Positions 59,505 to 64,000 of a DNA stretch of 64,000 nt are shown here, piece by piece. The notes under the pieces were generated by a model that saw only the letters and a program-made list of their open reading frames with translations, did no database searches and was not told where the DNA came from. Position numbers and translations under genes: made by a program. Position 1 is the stretch's first letter. Each line of letters begins with the position of its first letter. Source of the DNA: Cladosporium halotolerans (lineage: Eukaryota); the NCBI RefSeq assembly GCF_011745625.1, contig NW_027191485.1, positions 124,001-188,000 of the forward strand. The letters run 5' to 3'.

Positions 59505-60494
59505 ATGACCGACCCCACTCAGAAGGACCCTAGTCCCATCGTCAGCCACCTCTTCACAGCAGACCCGAGTGCTCATGTCTTCAATGGGAAACTCTACATC
59601 TACCCGTCTCACGACAGGGAGACTGATATCCAAGACAACGACAATGGAGATCAGTACGACATGAACGACTACCACGTCTTCTCCATGCCCAATGTCGAGG
59701 GCCCCGTCACCGACCACGGCGTCGTGCTCAAGGCTGAGGATATCCCCTGGGTCGACAAGCAGCTCTGGGCTCCGGATGCCGCCGAGAAGAATGGAAAATT
59801 CTACCTCTACTACCCTGCCAGAGATAGGGAGGGCATCTTCAGAATCGGCGTGGCCGTCGGTGACCAGCCCGAAGGCCCCTTCAAGCCCGACCCGGAGCCC
59901 ATCCCTGGCAGTTACAGTATCGACCCTGCCAGCTTTGTCGACGACGACGGTCAGGCCTACCTCTACTTCGGTGGCATCTGGGGCGGTCAGCTTCAATGCT
60001 GGCGCACCGGCGAATTCAAGCGCGAGGCATACGAGACCATGGAGGCCAGCGGCGACGAGCCTGCGCTCATGCCTCGCGTGGCCAAGCTGAGCGACGACAT
60101 GCACACCTTCTCCAGCGACGTGCAGGACCTTGTCATCAACGACACAGACGGCAAGCCGATCCACGCCAGCAAGCACGACAGGCGTTTCTTCGAGGCCGCC
60201 TGGATGCACAAGTACAATGGCAAATACTACTTCTCCTACTCGACCGGAGACACGCACTACCTGGCTTACGCGATTGGCGATTCCCCACTTGGCCCTTTTA
60301 CATACCAGGACCGCATTTTGGAGCCGGTAAAGGGTTGGACGACCCATCACTCGATTGCTGAGTTCAAGGGCAAGTGGTATCTCTTCTACCACGACACAAG
60401 TATTTCGGGCAAGAACCACTTGCGTTGCGTGAAGATCAGGGAGATTGTGTATGATGAGCAGGGCAAGATTAAACTTGCGGTCCCTCAAGAGTAG
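59505..60494 (+). CDS. Glycoside hydrolase family 43 (GH43_1-type beta-xylosidase/arabinofuranosidase), no signal peptide
   Basis: ADPSAHVFNGKLYIYPSHD, QLWAPD, SIDP, RRFFEAAWMHK, GWTTHHSI. Confidence 0.95.
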   Translation: MTDPTQKDPSPIVSHLFTADPSAHVFNGKLYIYPSHDRETDIQDNDNGDQYDMNDYHVFSMPNVEGPVTDHGVVLKAEDIPWVDKQLWAPDAAEKNGKFYLYYPARDREGIFRIGVAVGDQPEGPFKPDPEPIPGSYSIDPASFVDDDGQAYLYFGGIWGGQLQCWRTGEFKREAYETMEASGDEPALMPRVAKLSDDMHTFSSDVQDLVINDTDGKPIHASKHDRRFFEAAWMHKYNGKYYFSYSTGDTHYLAYAIGDSPLGPFTYQDRILEPVKGWTTHHSIAEFKGKWYLFYHDTSISGKNHLRCVKIREIVYDEQGKIKLAVPQE

Positions 60495-60576
60495 ATACAG
60501 TCAAGGAGGCATAGAATGGTTGAATAGTCACGAAGTTTGGCGATTCTTGTTTTTAAAAGATGGATTGGTTATTGCT

Positions 60577-61393
60577 TCAGCACGCCCAACCACCGTCCAC
60601 GGAGTATGTAGCACCAGTGACGAATGAAGCCTCGTCGCTCAAAAGCCACGAGATGAGGTTGCCGCATTCTTCTGAAGTGCCTAAGCGATCAATCGGAGTC
60701 TGGTGGTAGCTTTGATCGACATCCTCCAGAGCGTTACGCTTGTGCATGAGAGGTGTTTCGATCGAGCCCCTGCGAAAAACAGTTAGCTCCATATCCTCAA
60801 CTTGACGAAACAAAATCAACTTACGGATTCACAGCATTCACCCTAACATTCCTCTCCCCAACCTCCTTGGCCGCACTCCTCACGAGCCCCAAAATACCAT
60901 GCTTGCTTGCCGCATACGCAGCGTGCTTCGCAAAGCCAATGGTCCCCTGCACCGAGCTCACGCAAACCACGCTCCCGGGGCCTTTGATCGCCGCCAGCTC
61001 CGCGCGCATACAGTAGAACATGCCCGTCAAGTTCACGCCCATGATGAGATCCCACTGGTCGTCCTCAATGTCCTCCAGCTTGCGCGTGCCATGGTGCTTG
61101 CCGATCACGCCCGCGGAGTTAGCGGCGCCATCGAGCTTGCCGAATCTCTCGACGATGGCGGCGATCCAGGAGTCGACGGAGGAGCGTTTGCTGACGTCGA
61201 GGGGCGTGAAGAGGACACGATCCGAGGCCTGCTGGAATGTCTTGCGGGCGGTCTCGAGCGCTGCAGGGTCGATGTCCCCGATTCCTACGCTCGCGCCGCG
61301 GGCGTGGAGGATCTGGGCCGTCGCGAGCCCGATGCCTGACGCGCCGCCGGTGATCGCGAAGACCTTGCCTTGCATGTCGTTTTCGCGGCCCAT
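60577..61393 (-). CDS. Classical short-chain dehydrogenase/reductase; intron 60770-60824
   Basis: ITGGASGIG, ANSAG, YAASKHG, RVNAVNPG, SFVTGATYSVDGGW. Confidence 0.92.
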
Positions 61394-61619
61394 CTTGGCT
61401 GTATTGTAGGAGTGAATCCTTCAAGAGCAAGGGTTTGTCTGGGTGGACGGGTTGGAAAACATTTGGCACTTCGGCATGCTCGGCCTTTGAAAGAATGCCA
61501 TGTCGGCTCGCAATGCCCCGTTGCCGTCTTCTCCTCCACTCGGCCCTGCTGTGGGGAGCTATTGGCTTGGGGTCACGGGGTCGGTTTGCCCTTGGTGGAA
61601 GTGTAAGTGGAGTCAGCCC

Positions 61620-61626
61620 GGCTAAA
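61620..61626 (+). promoter_or_regulatory. XlnR-type site GGCTAAA in the SDR/DUF4267 divergent promoter
   Basis: Exact consensus; SYGGRG (CreA-type) hexamers nearby at about 61658-61695. Confidence 0.35.
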
Positions 61627-62055
61627 ATAAAGTGGCGTCCGTGTGGATTCTAGAAGCGTGGAGTGGTGGTGTTGGTGGGGTCGTTTGCGCGGGGAAAGCC
61701 GTGGGCGGTTGACCCTGCGATGGGCGAGAATTGTTTATCTTGATCTTTTACGTTCTTTCACAATTTATTGAATGAGAGCAACGTTGGCAGACAAGCTGAC
61801 TCTGTCGAAATGCCGATCGAAGATGCCTGGCGTTGAGCCCATGTTCACTGGAGGTGAGTGGTGTGATTTGCTGACACGGATATGTGATGGAGGTGGGAGG
61901 TGTGGTGAGAGGTACAAGGAAAGCTCAGCGTATATAAGAGCTGTGAGCCATGGTCGCACTGATGGCATCGCAAGCTACTTGAGATTCCTGTCTTTAAACG
62001 ATCAAGAAGCATTGATCCTCCTTCGAACGCAAACAGCGGATCAAACCTCAAGACA

Positions 62056-62466
62056 ATGGCATCCTCCATACTTTCTCCAGACTCGCAACTGCTACCCAAC
62101 ACAGCCGCAGTGATTAGTCTAATCCCTACAACGCTCGGAATCACCGCGATGCTCCGTCCACGCCACATGCTCAAACTGCTCCACTTTCCAAGCCCAAAAG
62201 ATGCCGAAGCGCAAAAGGTCGTCGATAATCTGATGCGAATGTTCGGCGGCCGAGACTTAGCCCTAGGGCTCTTCGTGCTCGCCGCACGGTATTTTGGTAA
62301 CCGCGAAGTGCTTGGATGGATAATGGTAGCTGGCTCAGTTGCACCCGCCGTGGACGGTTGGGCTACTCGGCTGCAATTGGGGCAACGAGAATGGGACCAC
62401 TGGCCGTTTATTGTGGTTAACTTGGCTCTTGGGGGTGGGATGCTGGGATGGTTTGGCGGGCAATGA
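62056..62466 (+). CDS. Small integral membrane protein (DUF4267-like)
   Basis: 136 aa, 4 hydrophobic segments, MFGGRDLALG, AVDGW, EWDHW. Confidence 0.75.
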   Translation: MASSILSPDSQLLPNTAAVISLIPTTLGITAMLRPRHMLKLLHFPSPKDAEAQKVVDNLMRMFGGRDLALGLFVLAARYFGNREVLGWIMVAGSVAPAVDGWATRLQLGQREWDHWPFIVVNLALGGGMLGWFGGQ

Positions 62467-62593
62467 AAGAAGCGCGAGAAGGAAGCACCCAGATGAACGA
62501 AGCACAGATTTTGACTGCTCGTGGATATTGAATTGGGTATTGGATCATGATTAACGCCTTGCTTTCAGTATCAAAACCAGACAGCCTTGTCTT

Positions 62594-63314
62594 CTAGCCT
62601 CGCTTCTTCGCTTTCTTGCTGCTCTTGCTCGTAGTCTCAGCTACATCTTGGGTCTCACCAAGCGATGCTGAAGCAGTGAGTTTCGTCTGAGGTCCCGGAG
62701 CAGCGAGCTCATCGCGCTCGTCGCGGAGGGCGCTCTTCTGGTCAACATCACCGACTGCCTCTATGCTGCTGGCGATCCATTGCTGGAATGGCTTTGCGAC
62801 AAAGTATCCGTCTGCTGTGAACCAGGTTGTGAAGGGTGTTTTGATCTGTCTTGTGCTGGGGGTGGAAGAGGAGGAGGAAGTTGTGACGTCGAGATAGTAG
62901 GTCGGGTCGTGCTTGTTGGTCTTAGATTGGATGGAGACCTGGTTGTAATGTGTTAGCGTCTCATGTGATCTGTCGCCGAAGGACAATGTAACGCACTCTC
63001 TTGCCATCTTTGCTACCCTCGAACACCAACCCCTTCTCCACAAACCAGAGCCAGTACGTAAAGAAGCCGTTCAGAATTGCATATGCGGCCACAGCGACAG
63101 CGGTCCAGCCTTTTGTCGCTTCCCAGCCGAGCTTGTAGTCTGCCACGAAAGTTGCTCCAGCGATAGCCACAGCAGTATAGCCGACGACAAGCTTGACGTC
63201 GGTCTTGGTGTTGTCCTGCTTAAAGCCAATGCCGCGAAGGTAGTTGCCCAGCGCGTCGTCGGTCGTATTCTTGAGGTCGGGAAGAGAGTACGGCGATATC
63301 TTGGTTTCCGCCAT
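62594..63314 (-). CDS. SPC2: Signal peptidase complex subunit 2 (Spc2/SPC25); intron 62939-62996
   Basis: YSLPDLKNTTDDAL, DVKLVVGY, PFTTWFTADGYFVAKPF; Lys-rich C-terminus. Confidence 0.9.
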
Positions 63315-63572
63315 GATTGCAAGTTCCAGAGCCTCTGACTGAATAGGGCAACCGAGTTTGAAGGCAATCCTTTTCAGGTTGTACGTGAGCCGTGTGTTGA
63401 TCGCAACATTGAAGCTGCTTGGTGGAGGACAGCTAGCGTTCGGCTTCGCTTGGCGTTGCGGATCCGCTGCATGTGAAGCTGGAGGTCAAGTCAGGACGAG
63501 CGCAACCGCACCTCGACTCGACCCGATTGCCGCCTCACCCTTCGACCACCACCCTCTCTCCAACTCGCAACC

Positions 63573-64000
63573 ATGGCCGGCCTGGTGGAACAGCAGATCC
63601 ACCGGGATCCTGCGCTCTTGTACGCCCACCCCGCCGCGACAACAGGACATCACTGACATCCTCCCGCAGCTACTGGATCCTCCTCCCGATCACCGTAGTC
63701 ATGATCCTGACCGGCGTGCTCCGCCACTACCTCAGCACACTGCTCCAATCGACGCCCAAGCGCCAGCCCCTGCCGAAAATCCGCGAGCAGCGCTCGCTGC
63801 AGCGCGCCCAGAACCTCCGCAACAACTACCAGCAGGTCTCGAAAGCGGCCTTCGAGCGCCGCAAGGAGGCCTTCCTCGAGGGCGCGAAGGAGGGCAAGTT
63901 CCTCGCTGACCCGGACGCGAGGGGCAAGGCCAGGCCGAATCCCATGAGCGACCCCGCGATGATGGAGGGCATGATGGGCATGATGAAGGGCAATGTCGCG
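63573..64000 (+). CDS. EMC3: ER membrane protein complex subunit 3 (5' part, runs off the window); intron 63620-63669
   Basis: IHRDPALFYWILLPITVVMILTGVLRHY...NPMSDPAMMEGMMGMMKGN. Confidence 0.93.

Noticed and set aside
59469..60488. Long antisense ORFs over GH43 (also over ATP1, the permease, the MFS genes and ELMO)
   Set aside because: Shadow frames caused by strong GC3 codon bias of the sense genes; no recognisable motifs.

Overview
Gene-dense segment of a filamentous ascomycete chromosome (Pezizomycotina; Dothideomycete-like by my impression of the proteins), with short GT-AG introns and CTRAY-type branch sites. It holds about 29 protein-coding loci plus one intron-containing tRNA-Gly(GCC). 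Recognisable genes: GABA/amino-acid permease, SPT2, RPP2, RPS15, ATP1, DUF962/Mpo1-like, RPB7, ELMO, Reg1-like PP1 regulator, two MFS transporters, Sds3-like, GH3, NmrA-like, CSN4, TFG2, GRF and C2H2 zinc-finger proteins, two SDRs flanking a GH43, DUF4267-like, SPC2, and the 5' part of EMC3. No intact transposon, CRISPR or rRNA was seen. Main observations: (1) the GH3 gene is best restored to frame by a nested [D1,2] spliceosomal twin intron (stwintron); (2) an apparently catalytically dead Gre2-type reductase carries three PPxY motifs; (3) a four-gene SDR/GH43/SDR/DUF4267 block has an XlnR-type site in each divergent promoter; (4) the DUF962 gene has a long, structured intron; (5) a diverged direct repeat brackets SPT2-RPP2-RPS15. 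All gene models and family calls were made by eye without database searches.
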